Shown in pieces: positions 29,948 to 39,011 of a stretch of DNA of 64,000 nt. A model generated the notes under the pieces. That model had not been told where the DNA came from, did not search any database, and saw only the letters and a program-made list of their open reading frames with translations. Where the stretch lies: the NCBI GenBank assembly GCA_964456285.1, contig CAYWBC010000006.1:4035-68034 (forward strand), read 5' to 3'. Position 1 is the first letter of the stretch, and the number at the start of each line of letters is the position of its first letter. Origin of the DNA: an uncultured Bacteroidales bacterium (lineage in GTDB: Bacteria > Bacteroidota > Bacteroidia > Bacteroidales > UBA10428). A program made the translations under genes and the position numbers.

Positions 29948-30266
29948 TTTTTTCGAACTTGTTTACAAGCTGACCAAATCCATTCCAGAGGGAAGAGTAA
30001 GCACCTATGGAGCTATCGCAAGATGTATTGGCTCTCCTGGAGCATCTCGTATGGTAGGCTGGGCATTAAATAATTGTCATGCAAAAGAAGAATTTATACC
30101 GGCACACAGAGTGGTAAACAGGAAAGGAATACTTACAGGCAAGCATCATTTCAGACACCCGGAATTGATGCAGGAACTTCTTGAAAGTGAAGGTGTCCTG
30201 GTAATAAATGATCAAATTACGGATTTCGAAAATAGGTTTTGGAATCCTTGTTCCGATTTAATCTAA
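29907..30266 (+). CDS. MGMT-family alkyltransferase-like (ATL) protein
   Basis: IPEGRVSTYGAIA, RMVGWAL, PAHRVVN; start uncertain, overlaps the trmB end. Confidence 0.82.
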   Translation: MSLKNFRTVKKENDFFELVYKLTKSIPEGRVSTYGAIARCIGSPGASRMVGWALNNCHAKEEFIPAHRVVNRKGILTGKHHFRHPELMQELLESEGVLVINDQITDFENRFWNPCSDLI

Positions 30267-30313
30267 ATAAAAACACTTATATTTACTTCTTCTTATTTAG
30301 ATTAATTATAGAC
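30250..30313. promoter_or_regulatory. Promoter of mrp-nfu with two Fur-box-like sites flanking a TATATTTA -7-like element
   Basis: 30250-30268 and 30295-30313 each match 14/19 of ATTTAGAATTATTCTAAAT; ATCTAAATAA (30261-30270) / TTATTTAGAT (30293-30302) is a perfect 10-bp inverted repeat. Confidence 0.5.
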
Positions 30314-30315
30314 TA

Positions 30316-31443
30316 ATGAATATCAGAGAGAGTGAAATTCTGGAAACGCTTAAAACAATTATCCATCCTTCAATTGAGAAAGATATTGTAAGCCTTGGAT
30401 TAATTAAAAATCTCAGCATTAATAGGAATAGATTATCCTTCATTTTGAGTTTTCCTTCAGTAAATGATCCTTTAAAATCCTCCATAAAAAGAGCTTGCGA
30501 AATTGCGCTTAAGGAAAAATTTTCAGATGAGTTGGAATTGGAAATTAAGATTGAAGCAAATATTAAACCAGTTCAGCCTAAAATTGAAGAAAAACCTTTG
30601 TCAGGAGTAAAAAATATTTTAGCTGTTGCATCTGGTAAAGGAGGTGTTGGCAAATCTACTGTAGCAGTCAATCTGGCTGTTGCCTTTGCTAAATCGGGGG
30701 CCAAAGTTGGCTTGATCGATGCGGATATTTTCGGACCTTCATTACCTAAAATGATGGGAGTGGAAGATATGAAACCATCAGTTACGAATATTGGAGGCAA
30801 AGATTTTCTGATACCTGTTGAGAAATACGGTGTAAAAGTCCTTTCCATCGGATTTTTTGTTAATTCACGGGACGCAACAGTATGGAGAGGGCCTATGGCA
30901 TCTAATGCTTTGAAACAGTTAATGACTGATGCAAATTGGGGGGAATTGGATTATTTAATAGTGGATCTTCCACCAGGCACAAGCGATATTCATCTTACTC
31001 TGGTTCAGACAGTATCAGTTACTGGAGCTGTCATTGTTAGTACACCCCAGGATATTGCCCTGGCGGATGTTATTAAAGGAGTAAATATGTTTCAGAATGA
31101 TACAATAAATGTTCCTGTGTTAGGTCTGATTGAAAACATGTCATGGTTTACTCCGGAAGAATTGCCAGAGAATAAGTATTATCTATTTGGACAGGATGGC
31201 GGAGTGAAATTAGCAAAGGAGCTTAATATTCCTTTATTGGGTCAGATACCTATAGTGCAGAGTATTCGTGAAGGAAGTGATGAAGGAAAACCAATAGTAA
31301 CTGAAAAGAATATTACAAGCGAAGTGTTTAAAAATATTGCTGAAGCTTTAAGAATTGAAATCATCAAAAGAAACACAAATATTGAGCCTACAAAAAAGGT
31401 GGAGATTACACGTAAAAGTATATCGGAATTAAAAAATAATTAA
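30316..31443 (+). CDS. mrp: Mrp/NBP35 (ApbC) Fe-S cluster carrier ATPase
   Basis: ASGKGGVGKST, DADIFGPS, WRGPM, DLPPGTSD, ENMS. Confidence 0.95.
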   Translation: MNIRESEILETLKTIIHPSIEKDIVSLGLIKNLSINRNRLSFILSFPSVNDPLKSSIKRACEIALKEKFSDELELEIKIEANIKPVQPKIEEKPLSGVKNILAVASGKGGVGKSTVAVNLAVAFAKSGAKVGLIDADIFGPSLPKMMGVEDMKPSVTNIGGKDFLIPVEKYGVKVLSIGFFVNSRDATVWRGPMASNALKQLMTDANWGELDYLIVDLPPGTSDIHLTLVQTVSVTGAVIVSTPQDIALADVIKGVNMFQNDTINVPVLGLIENMSWFTPEELPENKYYLFGQDGGVKLAKELNIPLLGQIPIVQSIREGSDEGKPIVTEKNITSEVFKNIAEALRIEIIKRNTNIEPTKKVEITRKSISELKNN

Positions 31444-31444
31444 T

Positions 31445-31690
31445 ATGGCAAGTTTAAGTAAAAAACAGGTATTGGAGAAAGTTAACCATGCTATTGATTC
31501 TATTCGACCATATTTAATATCTGACGGAGGTGATATTGAACTTGTTGAGATAACAGAAGATCTAGTTGTTAAGGTAAAACTTGTTGGTGCATGCCAGGGA
31601 TGTCCGTTTAGTTTGCAAACACTTAACGCAGGTATAGAGCAGGCAATTCGAAGTGAACTTCCTGAGTTAAAAGAGCTGGTTTCTGTTTAA
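31445..31690 (+). CDS. NifU/Nfu C-terminal domain protein
   Basis: IRPYL..DGGDIEL, GACQGCP CxxC. Confidence 0.92.
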   Translation: MASLSKKQVLEKVNHAIDSIRPYLISDGGDIELVEITEDLVVKVKLVGACQGCPFSLQTLNAGIEQAIRSELPELKELVSV

Positions 31691-31805
31691 CTATTCATCA
31701 ATGTATAATTCATTATTTATGCTAATTTTTAAGCAAACATTATCATTTTATTCATTTTCTTATTATTTTTTTCATACAATTCATAGCTAAGTCGCAGGTA
31801 GAATA

Positions 31806-31813
31806 TATTTTTG
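31806..31813 (+). promoter_or_regulatory. Putative -7 promoter element (TATTTTTG) for porW/sprE
   Basis: TAnnTTTG match about 60 nt upstream of the ORF start. Confidence 0.45.
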
Positions 31814-31872
31814 CACAAAATATACTTTTGTATTTCGAGTTATATCTAAATACAATTCGATAATCAGATACT

Positions 31873-34530
31873 GTGTGTAAGAACTTAAAATATTTACTTT
31901 ACATATCAACTCTTGTTCTGTTAATTTCTTCTTGTTCTACAAAAAAGAATACAGGTCTTACCAGGTGGTATCATAATGTAACCAGCAGATACAATATACT
32001 TTTTAACGGTACGGAAAGTTATAAAAAGGGGATGCTTAAGCTGGAGCAAACCTATGATGATAATTTTTCAGAATTGATTCCCGTTTTTCTTTATACCGAT
32101 GAGGAAGCTCTTGCAACGATAGCACCAGAGATGGATAGGTCTATCTCCAAAGCCACCAAACTAATAAGCATGCATTCCTTAACTGTTAAACCGAATATGA
32201 AGGCCGATAAGGAGCTTACTCAAAAACAGAAAGAGTTTTATAATACGAAAGAATATAATAAATGGGTTGATGAAGCATATCTATTGATGGGGAAATCTCA
32301 TTTTTATAAAATGGAATACTCCAGAGCCAAAGAGATTTTCAATTATATTTTATCCAATTATAATGAAAAATATTCTGTTTTTGAAGCTAAAATGTGGCTT
32401 GCCAGGTTAGCAAACGAAGAAAATAGGTTTAAAGAATCTGAAGAATTACTTACCTCACTGGAGCGTAACATTGAACTTCCTAAAAATCTAAAGGGTAAGG
32501 TTTATGCAACCCTGGCTGATTATTATATTAAGCAGGGGAATTACAAAGAGGCAATAAATTCATTAGTTGAATCAATTGAGTATACTACAAGAAAGCACGC
32601 TAAAACACGATATACTTATATTTTAGCACAATTGTACTCAAAAACTGATCAAAACTCATTGTCATATGATGCTTATAGTAAAGTCATTCAGATGAATCCT
32701 CCATATAAAATGGCTTTTAATGCTAAAATTAGCCGAGCTCTTGCCTATCAATTTGGTACAGGGAAAAAGAAGAGCATTGAAAAAGAGTTGCGCAAAATGC
32801 TGAAAGATGATAAAAATATTGATTTTCAGGATCAGATATATTTTGCACTTGGCAACATATTTTATAAAGATGGAAATGAGCCTGAGGCTATAGAAAACTA
32901 CAGAATGTCGATACAATATAGCGTAGATAATGTAAATCAGAAAGCAAAATCAAACATTACACTTGCAGATTTATATTATTCTAAACCTGATTATATCAAT
33001 GCACAGGCATATTATGATAGTGCAGTTGCATTGATTGATGCAGATTATCCAAATTATCAGGAACTCTATATAAAATCAGTAAGCCTGTCTAACCTGGTAG
33101 AATCTATAAATACAGTAAATTTTCAGGATAGTGTACTTAAACTTTCTTATTTATCTCAAAATGCATTGAATGATCTGATAGATGGATTGATAGAGGAAGA
33201 GATAAAAGCAGAGGAAGAAAAGAGGATCAAACAACAAGCATTTGCTGAGCAACAGGCAGATTATCAGTTAAACAAGAATGAATTTCAAGCTGCAGGAGCA
33301 AATAATGCCTGGTATTTTTATAATCCGGCAGTAAAAGGCATAGGCAAGAAAGATTTTACTCAGATGTGGGGGAATAGAAAACTTGAGGATAACTGGAGAA
33401 GAAAAAATAAAAGTTCGGTGAGCTTTGATGAATTGCCAACAGAACAGCTGGCATCTGAAGATGGGCAATCCCAGCAGGCTAGTAAAGCAAAGATTATAAC
33501 TAACAGGAAATCACGCGAATTTTATATGCAGTATATTCCTTTTACTGATTCTGCAAGAGAAGCAGCTCACAATAAAATTGCTGCAGGTTTGTATAATATG
33601 GGTGATATCTATGGAAATGAGTTGAAAGACTATGAGAAAGCAATTGAATCTTATGAAGAGTTATTGAGGCAATATCCCAAATATGAGAATCGATTGCAAG
33701 TATATTTTAAATTATATTCAATAGCTAAACTTAAGGAGGATAAAATCAGAGTTGGAAAGTATCAGCAGAAAATAGTTTCTGAATTTCCAAATAGCAGCTA
33801 TGCAAAACTAATTACAAATCCTAATTATTTGCAGGAACTTCAGGATCAGGAAAGAGTTAAAAATGAAGCTTATATGGCAACCTATAATTTGTTCCAATTG
33901 GGACGATACAATCAGGTGATTGCCCGTGCTGAAAAGGCTATGAAGGAAGCTCCTGATCATGAATTGTATCCCAAATATGACTATATGTATACTGTATCTT
34001 CCGGGCTGAAAAAAGACACCCTGAATTTTATGAATGATCTGCAGAATTTTATATCGAAATATCCTTTAACTGATCTTGCCGAAAGTGCACAACTAATTAT
34101 AAACTATATACAAAATACGGAACCAAGAATAATTGAATTGCATCAGAGAGAGATAGCAAAGAAAGTGTTTGTGGAATCTTTTAATGAGGTACATTATTTT
34201 GCATTCATATTACCGGCAAATGTTAAAATAAACCAATTAATATTTAATATTATAAACTTCAATCTTGATAATTTTGATGAGCTTAGGCTTGAGGTAAAGA
34301 AAGTTAATATTGATGGTCAAAATAATCTTTGCTTAGTTAGCAAGTTCAAAGACAGTGAAGAATCGATTCAATACCTGAAAAAGATTTTGCCTGATGAAAC
34401 AATATTTACCGATGTAGATAATGCTCAGGCAAAGGCAATAGTTATTTCAGAGACTAATTTAGATGCCTTAACTACCTCTGATAAAGCCGAACAATACCTA
34501 ATCTTTTTTAGAGATAATTACAAATACTAA
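31873..34530 (+). CDS. porW: T9SS periplasmic TPR lipoprotein PorW/SprE
   Basis: Lipobox ISSC, SCSTKKNT..R.YH..T.RYN..FNG signature, KWVDEAYLL.GKS, WG.R.LEDNWRR, multiple TPRs. Confidence 0.82.
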   Translation: MCKNLKYLLYISTLVLLISSCSTKKNTGLTRWYHNVTSRYNILFNGTESYKKGMLKLEQTYDDNFSELIPVFLYTDEEALATIAPEMDRSISKATKLISMHSLTVKPNMKADKELTQKQKEFYNTKEYNKWVDEAYLLMGKSHFYKMEYSRAKEIFNYILSNYNEKYSVFEAKMWLARLANEENRFKESEELLTSLERNIELPKNLKGKVYATLADYYIKQGNYKEAINSLVESIEYTTRKHAKTRYTYILAQLYSKTDQNSLSYDAYSKVIQMNPPYKMAFNAKISRALAYQFGTGKKKSIEKELRKMLKDDKNIDFQDQIYFALGNIFYKDGNEPEAIENYRMSIQYSVDNVNQKAKSNITLADLYYSKPDYINAQAYYDSAVALIDADYPNYQELYIKSVSLSNLVESINTVNFQDSVLKLSYLSQNALNDLIDGLIEEEIKAEEEKRIKQQAFAEQQADYQLNKNEFQAAGANNAWYFYNPAVKGIGKKDFTQMWGNRKLEDNWRRKNKSSVSFDELPTEQLASEDGQSQQASKAKIITNRKSREFYMQYIPFTDSAREAAHNKIAAGLYNMGDIYGNELKDYEKAIESYEELLRQYPKYENRLQVYFKLYSIAKLKEDKIRVGKYQQKIVSEFPNSSYAKLITNPNYLQELQDQERVKNEAYMATYNLFQLGRYNQVIARAEKAMKEAPDHELYPKYDYMYTVSSGLKKDTLNFMNDLQNFISKYPLTDLAESAQLIINYIQNTEPRIIELHQREIAKKVFVESFNEVHYFAFILPANVKINQLIFNIINFNLDNFDELRLEVKKVNIDGQNNLCLVSKFKDSEESIQYLKKILPDETIFTDVDNAQAKAIVISETNLDALTTSDKAEQYLIFFRDNYKY

Positions 34531-34654
34531 TTTATTTCATTGAGCGCATTATTAGGCAAAGTCTAATAAAGCTTAAATGGTCTTTACACTTAATAATCTG
34601 AAGTATCTTTACGTATTAACTAGTATGCATGAATGAAATAAATCACATCGTTTT

Positions 34655-36214
34655 ATGAAGAAAGTACAATTATTATGGACTGATGATGAGATTGATCTTT
34701 TAAAGCCTCATATTTTGTTTCTGAATGAGAAGGGATATAGCGTTGATACTGCCAGCAATGGTGCTGATGCGGTAGACTTGGTAAAGTCAAAAGATTTTGA
34801 TCTTATATTTTTAGATGAAAATATGCCAGGTATGAGTGGTTTGGAAACACTCACAAAGATTAAAGAATTTAAACCTGGAATACCGGTAGTAATGATTACT
34901 AAGAGTGAGGAAGAAGATATTATGGATGCCGCCATTGGATCAAAAATTGCTGACTATCTTATTAAACCGGTTAATCCAAATCAGATTTTACTTACTATAA
35001 AAAAGAACATTGATAACAAAGCGCTGATTAAATCAAAAACTACATCAGCTTATCAGGTTGATTTTGGAAATATTGGCGTGCTTATGTCATCTGCTTCTTC
35101 ATTTGATGATTGGGCTGATATATATAAAAAACTAATTTATTGGGAATTGGAATTGGACAATTCTCAAAACAACAATATGTATGAGGTTTTCAGAATGCAA
35201 AAAACGGAAGCTGATGTTGAGTTTAGCAAATTTATAAGCAAAAATTATTTATCATGGTTGCGACCTGATTCAAAGAATATTCCGCTATTATCTCCCAATA
35301 TTTTCAGCTCCTTGGTTATTCCTGAGATTAAGCAACATGAAAAGCTTGTTTTTCTCCTAATTGACAATTTACGTTACGATCAATGGAGAATAATACAATC
35401 CATTGTGAATGAATTTTATCTTACAGAAGAGGAAACTACTTTTTGTAGCATCCTTCCTACTTCCACACAATATGCAAGGAATGCAATTTTCTCGGGCATG
35501 ATGCCTGAGCAAATACAAATAAAGTTGCCTCAGTATTGGAAAAATGATGATGAAGAAGGAAGTAAAAATGAGTTTGAAGAAGAACTATTGAAATATCAAT
35601 TAAAAAGCAATGGTCTGGATAAAAAACTTTCATTCGGAAAGATTTTTAATAATAAAATGGGGGAAAAGATTTTGGATAATCTTCAAAATATTCTTCAAAA
35701 TGATTTGATAGTATTAATCTACAATTTTGTAGATATGTTGTCTCATGCAAATACAGATTTAGAGATGATACGTGAATTGGCAATTAACGATTCTGCATAT
35801 AGATCTCTAACCTTATCCTGGTTTCGCCATTCATATATCATTGAATTGCTAAAAGAACTTTCAGAAAAGAAAATAAGGGTAATTCTAACAACTGATCATG
35901 GCACAATTAGGGTAAATAGAGCAATCAAGGTAGTGGGTGATAAAACAACCTCGAAGAATTTAAGGTATAAGCTGGGCAAAAATTTATCATATAATGCAAA
36001 GGAAGTTTTTGAAATAATAAATCCCTCAGATGCTCTTTTGCCGAAATCAACAGTGAGCTCAAAGTATATTTTTGCCTTGAATAACGATTTTATGGCATAT
36101 CCGAATAACTACAATTATTATGTAAAATACTACTCCAATACATACCAGCATGGAGGCATTTCAATGGAAGAGATGATTTTACCTTTAATAAAACTAAAAC
36201 CCAAAGAGTCTTAG
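34655..36214 (+). CDS. porX: T9SS response regulator PorX (receiver plus PglZ/alkaline-phosphatase domain)
   Basis: LWTDDE, FLDENMPG, MITKSEEE, IDNLRYDQW, LPTSTQYARN, DHGTI, YQHGGISMEEM; upstream of tsaE. Confidence 0.93.
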   Translation: MKKVQLLWTDDEIDLLKPHILFLNEKGYSVDTASNGADAVDLVKSKDFDLIFLDENMPGMSGLETLTKIKEFKPGIPVVMITKSEEEDIMDAAIGSKIADYLIKPVNPNQILLTIKKNIDNKALIKSKTTSAYQVDFGNIGVLMSSASSFDDWADIYKKLIYWELELDNSQNNNMYEVFRMQKTEADVEFSKFISKNYLSWLRPDSKNIPLLSPNIFSSLVIPEIKQHEKLVFLLIDNLRYDQWRIIQSIVNEFYLTEEETTFCSILPTSTQYARNAIFSGMMPEQIQIKLPQYWKNDDEEGSKNEFEEELLKYQLKSNGLDKKLSFGKIFNNKMGEKILDNLQNILQNDLIVLIYNFVDMLSHANTDLEMIRELAINDSAYRSLTLSWFRHSYIIELLKELSEKKIRVILTTDHGTIRVNRAIKVVGDKTTSKNLRYKLGKNLSYNAKEVFEIINPSDALLPKSTVSSKYIFALNNDFMAYPNNYNYYVKYYSNTYQHGGISMEEMILPLIKLKPKES

Positions 36215-36266
36215 TAGTTTATTTAATTTCTTACTGTTTAGTATTGATATTATCAAAATTGTCTGG

Positions 36267-36689
36267 ATGAAAGAAGTGAAATTTGTTTTTTCCCTAGAGG
36301 AAATTGATAAAATAACAAATGATTTCCTTTTGGCTACTAAAGGATTTAAGCATTTTGCCTTTTATGGGAGTATGGGTGTAGGCAAAACGACATTAATTAC
36401 TTCAATCTGTAAAAAATTAGGAAGCGACGATCTGGTCAGTAGTCCTTCATTTGCAATTATTAATGAATATTCTTCTGCAAAAGATGACCTTATATATCAT
36501 TTTGATTTTTACAGAATAAAAGATCCGGTGGAATTATTGGACATTGGGTTTTATGAATATTGCAATAATGATGCGTATTGCTTTATAGAATGGCCCGAAA
36601 TAGGGGAAAACTTGATACCGGATGATTTTGTTAAGTTGAAGCTTTTAGAAAACGCAAACGGGAAAAGGATTTTGACATTCAATATTTAG
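36267..36689 (+). CDS. tsaE: tRNA threonylcarbamoyladenosine biosynthesis ATPase TsaE
   Basis: GSMGVGKTT, VSSPSF, YHFDFYRI, FIEWPE. Confidence 0.95.
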   Translation: MKEVKFVFSLEEIDKITNDFLLATKGFKHFAFYGSMGVGKTTLITSICKKLGSDDLVSSPSFAIINEYSSAKDDLIYHFDFYRIKDPVELLDIGFYEYCNNDAYCFIEWPEIGENLIPDDFVKLKLLENANGKRILTFNI

Positions 36690-36732
36690 GCACTTGTTAG
36701 GCATTTTATGTGCAACAACGAAATTCCTGTAC

Positions 36733-36740
36733 TATATTTG
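36733..36740 (+). promoter_or_regulatory. Putative -7 promoter element (TATATTTG) for the alanine dehydrogenase-like gene
   Basis: TAnnTTTG match 56 nt upstream of the ATG. Confidence 0.45.
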
Positions 36741-36796
36741 GTAAATCGTTCATTTCATAATTTAGTTACAAATCCTGTAAATTAATTTCTAATCTT

Positions 36797-38020
36797 ATGA
36801 TCGATCAAAATTCTGATTCATCCGGCACTCCATTGATGTATACTGGATTAATGCCACAGGAAGAGATGCTCGAAATAGGGAAGAAGCAAAAGAAACTGAT
36901 CATTGGAATTCCTAAAGAAGATCATAAATATGAAAAAAGGGTTTCTCTGACTCCTGAAGCAGTAGAAGTTCTTATTAATAATGGTCATGATGTATTGGTT
37001 GAGACGGGTGCAGGTGATGGAGCCAATTATACCAACAAAGCTTATAGTGAACATGGTGGTTTTATTCTTGAGACGCGTAAGCAGGTATTAAGTGCTGATG
37101 TTGTTTTAAAAGTGGCACCATTCAATAATGAGGATATTGATTTATTGAAAGGTAATCAGGTAGTTTTCTCATCATTGCATGTGAATAAGCAGAGCCACGA
37201 GTACATCAAAAAATTAATGAATAAGAAGGTCACTTGTATTGCTTATGAGTATTTGCAGAATGAATTTGGACATTATCCTGTCCTTCAATCCATGAGCTCT
37301 ATCTCAGGCAATGCCGCTATTATGATTGCAGCAGAATTACTTTGCAATACTTCGGGAGGGAAAGGAATTATTTTAGGAGGAATTTCAGGAATTACTCCTA
37401 CTGAAGTTGTGCTAATTGGAGCTGGAACTGCCTCTGAATTTGCAGCACGTGCTGCATTAGGCATGGGAGCATTTGTGAAAGTATTTGACACATCGGTTCA
37501 GAAACTGGAAGAACTTCAAAGAAACATCGGTTTACGTTTACATACTTCAATTTTTCATCCACAAGTTCTTATGCGTACTCTTAAATCAGCTGATGTGCTT
37601 ATAGGAGCAGTTAATTTACGTGATTCCGGTCCCAGATTTTTCGTTACCGAAGACATGGTAAATAATATGAAAAGGGGGTCAGTAATTATCGACTTATGTG
37701 TTGATCAGGGTGGTTGTATAGAAACCTCTGAGTACCGTTCCTTGCAAGAACCTGTATTTACCAAGAATGGCGTAGTCCATTACAGTGTTCCAAATGTTCC
37801 ATCCAGAGTAGCCCGCACAGCATCTATCGCTATCAGCAATATTATTTCGCCTGTGATGCTTGAAATGGGAAATGTTGGAGGAATAAAATCTTTGCTTAAG
37901 AGCAGAAATGGTCTTCGACAAGGAGTGTACATCTATACTGGTATTCTCACCAATGAATATATAGGCAACCGATTTGATATACCATATCAAGAAATTGATT
38001 TATTAATGGCAGCGTTTTAA
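36797..38020 (+). CDS. Alanine dehydrogenase-like protein (AlaDh/PNT fold)
   Basis: IGIPKE..EKRVSLTP, GAGDG, GAGTA, IDLCVDQGGCIETS, VPNVP; about 30-aa N-terminal extension. Confidence 0.8.
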   Translation: MIDQNSDSSGTPLMYTGLMPQEEMLEIGKKQKKLIIGIPKEDHKYEKRVSLTPEAVEVLINNGHDVLVETGAGDGANYTNKAYSEHGGFILETRKQVLSADVVLKVAPFNNEDIDLLKGNQVVFSSLHVNKQSHEYIKKLMNKKVTCIAYEYLQNEFGHYPVLQSMSSISGNAAIMIAAELLCNTSGGKGIILGGISGITPTEVVLIGAGTASEFAARAALGMGAFVKVFDTSVQKLEELQRNIGLRLHTSIFHPQVLMRTLKSADVLIGAVNLRDSGPRFFVTEDMVNNMKRGSVIIDLCVDQGGCIETSEYRSLQEPVFTKNGVVHYSVPNVPSRVARTASIAISNIISPVMLEMGNVGGIKSLLKSRNGLRQGVYIYTGILTNEYIGNRFDIPYQEIDLLMAAF

Positions 38021-38037
38021 ATAGTTATATGTAAATC

Positions 38038-38067
38038 TTTGCTGCTGTTATGTTTATATTATTTTTG
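38038..38067 (+). promoter_or_regulatory. Putative -33/-7 promoter for the queuosine precursor transporter
   Basis: TTTG (38038-38041), 18-nt spacer, TATTTTTG (38060-38067). Confidence 0.55.
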
Positions 38068-38094
38068 CAATCTTAATCAATTCAGCAAGTCAAG

Positions 38095-38793
38095 ATGAAT
38101 GAGATTTATTGGGGAATAATGCTCCTAACTAACTTTCTACTGGTTATACTGGCGTATAAAATTTTCGGGAAAAGGGGGCTTCTTATCTGGATTCCTGTTG
38201 CTACAATTGTCGCCAACATTCAGGTTATTCAAACCATTGAGCTATTTGGTTTAACTGCCACTCTTGGGAATATTGTATATGCCAGCTCCTTTCTGGTTAC
38301 AGACATATTGAGTGAGATATATGGAAAAAAGGAGGCAAACAAAGCTGTGTGGATAGGATTCTATAGTTTAATAGTAATGACTATCCTTATGAATCTCGCA
38401 CTACTTTTCCAGCCTATAGAAGGAGATGATTTTTCAATAGTATCATACGATAGCTTGAAAACTATCTTTAGTTTGATGCCGCGCATAGTTGTTGCCAGTC
38501 TGGTGGCATACCTGATTTCTCAGCGACATGATGTTTGGGCATATCATTTCTGGAAAAATAAATTTCCAGGATTAAAAAAAATCTGGATCAGAAATAACTT
38601 AAGTACAATGGTATCGCAATTGTTAGATAGCTTAATATTTACATTTATCGCATTTTATGGAAAATATGAGCTCAGTATATTAGGAGAAATATTTCTGACA
38701 ACATATGTCTTAAAATGGATTGTGGCTGTTGCAGATACTCCTTTTATTTATTGGGCTATTAAGATTAAATCATTGGTGAAAAATGATGAATGA
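38095..38793 (+). CDS. yhhQ: Queuosine precursor transporter (VUT/YhhQ family)
   Basis: Multi-TM; GNIVYASSFLVTDILSE.YG, AS..AY..SQ..DV, RNNLST.VSQ..DS, DTPF. Confidence 0.88.
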   Translation: MNEIYWGIMLLTNFLLVILAYKIFGKRGLLIWIPVATIVANIQVIQTIELFGLTATLGNIVYASSFLVTDILSEIYGKKEANKAVWIGFYSLIVMTILMNLALLFQPIEGDDFSIVSYDSLKTIFSLMPRIVVASLVAYLISQRHDVWAYHFWKNKFPGLKKIWIRNNLSTMVSQLLDSLIFTFIAFYGKYELSILGEIFLTTYVLKWIVAVADTPFIYWAIKIKSLVKNDE

Positions 38794-38874
38794 AATACAT
38801 CACTGTTAGCTGTTAGTAGAGTAATGAAGGAGTATCAGTTTTCATAAAAAATAAATAGAACATTAATCTCATCT

Positions 38875-38900
38875 ATCCCGATGCACTCTGCTATCGGGAT
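38875..38900. repeat. Small palindromic REP-like hairpin ATCCCGAT..ATCGGGAT
   Basis: Perfect 8-bp inverted repeat with a 10-nt inner segment that also pairs (GCA/TGC). Confidence 0.5.
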
Positions 38901-38955
38901 TTGTTCAGCTTACAAATTTTAATATGCTCCCTATGAAAATTTGAGTTTCACGAAT

Positions 38956-38991
38956 AAAAAAAGGTGTGTCATTTATGACTCACCTTTTTTT
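38956..38991. terminator. Bidirectional intrinsic terminator between yhhQ and the T9SS CTD gene
   Basis: A-run, GGTGTGTCA-TTTA-TGACTCACC hairpin, T-run. Confidence 0.78.
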
Positions 38992-39011
38992 ACTAACCCT
39001 ATTCACTTAAC

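Noticed and set aside
29925-29950. Programmed frameshift fusing trmB to the ATL gene at the A-run GTAAAAAAGGAAAATGA
   Set aside because: The A_AAA_AAG heptamer is in the ATL frame, not the trmB frame, so a -1 slip from trmB would not enter ATL. An in-frame ATG at 29907 explains the overlap.
34655-36214. PglZ domain as evidence of a BREX anti-phage system
   Set aside because: The receiver-PglZ architecture next to tsaE is PorX; no brxC, pglX or brxL is present.
38021-38094. preQ1 riboswitch upstream of the queuosine precursor transporter
   Set aside because: The promoter-like element ends 27 nt before the ATG and no preQ1 aptamer motif is visible.
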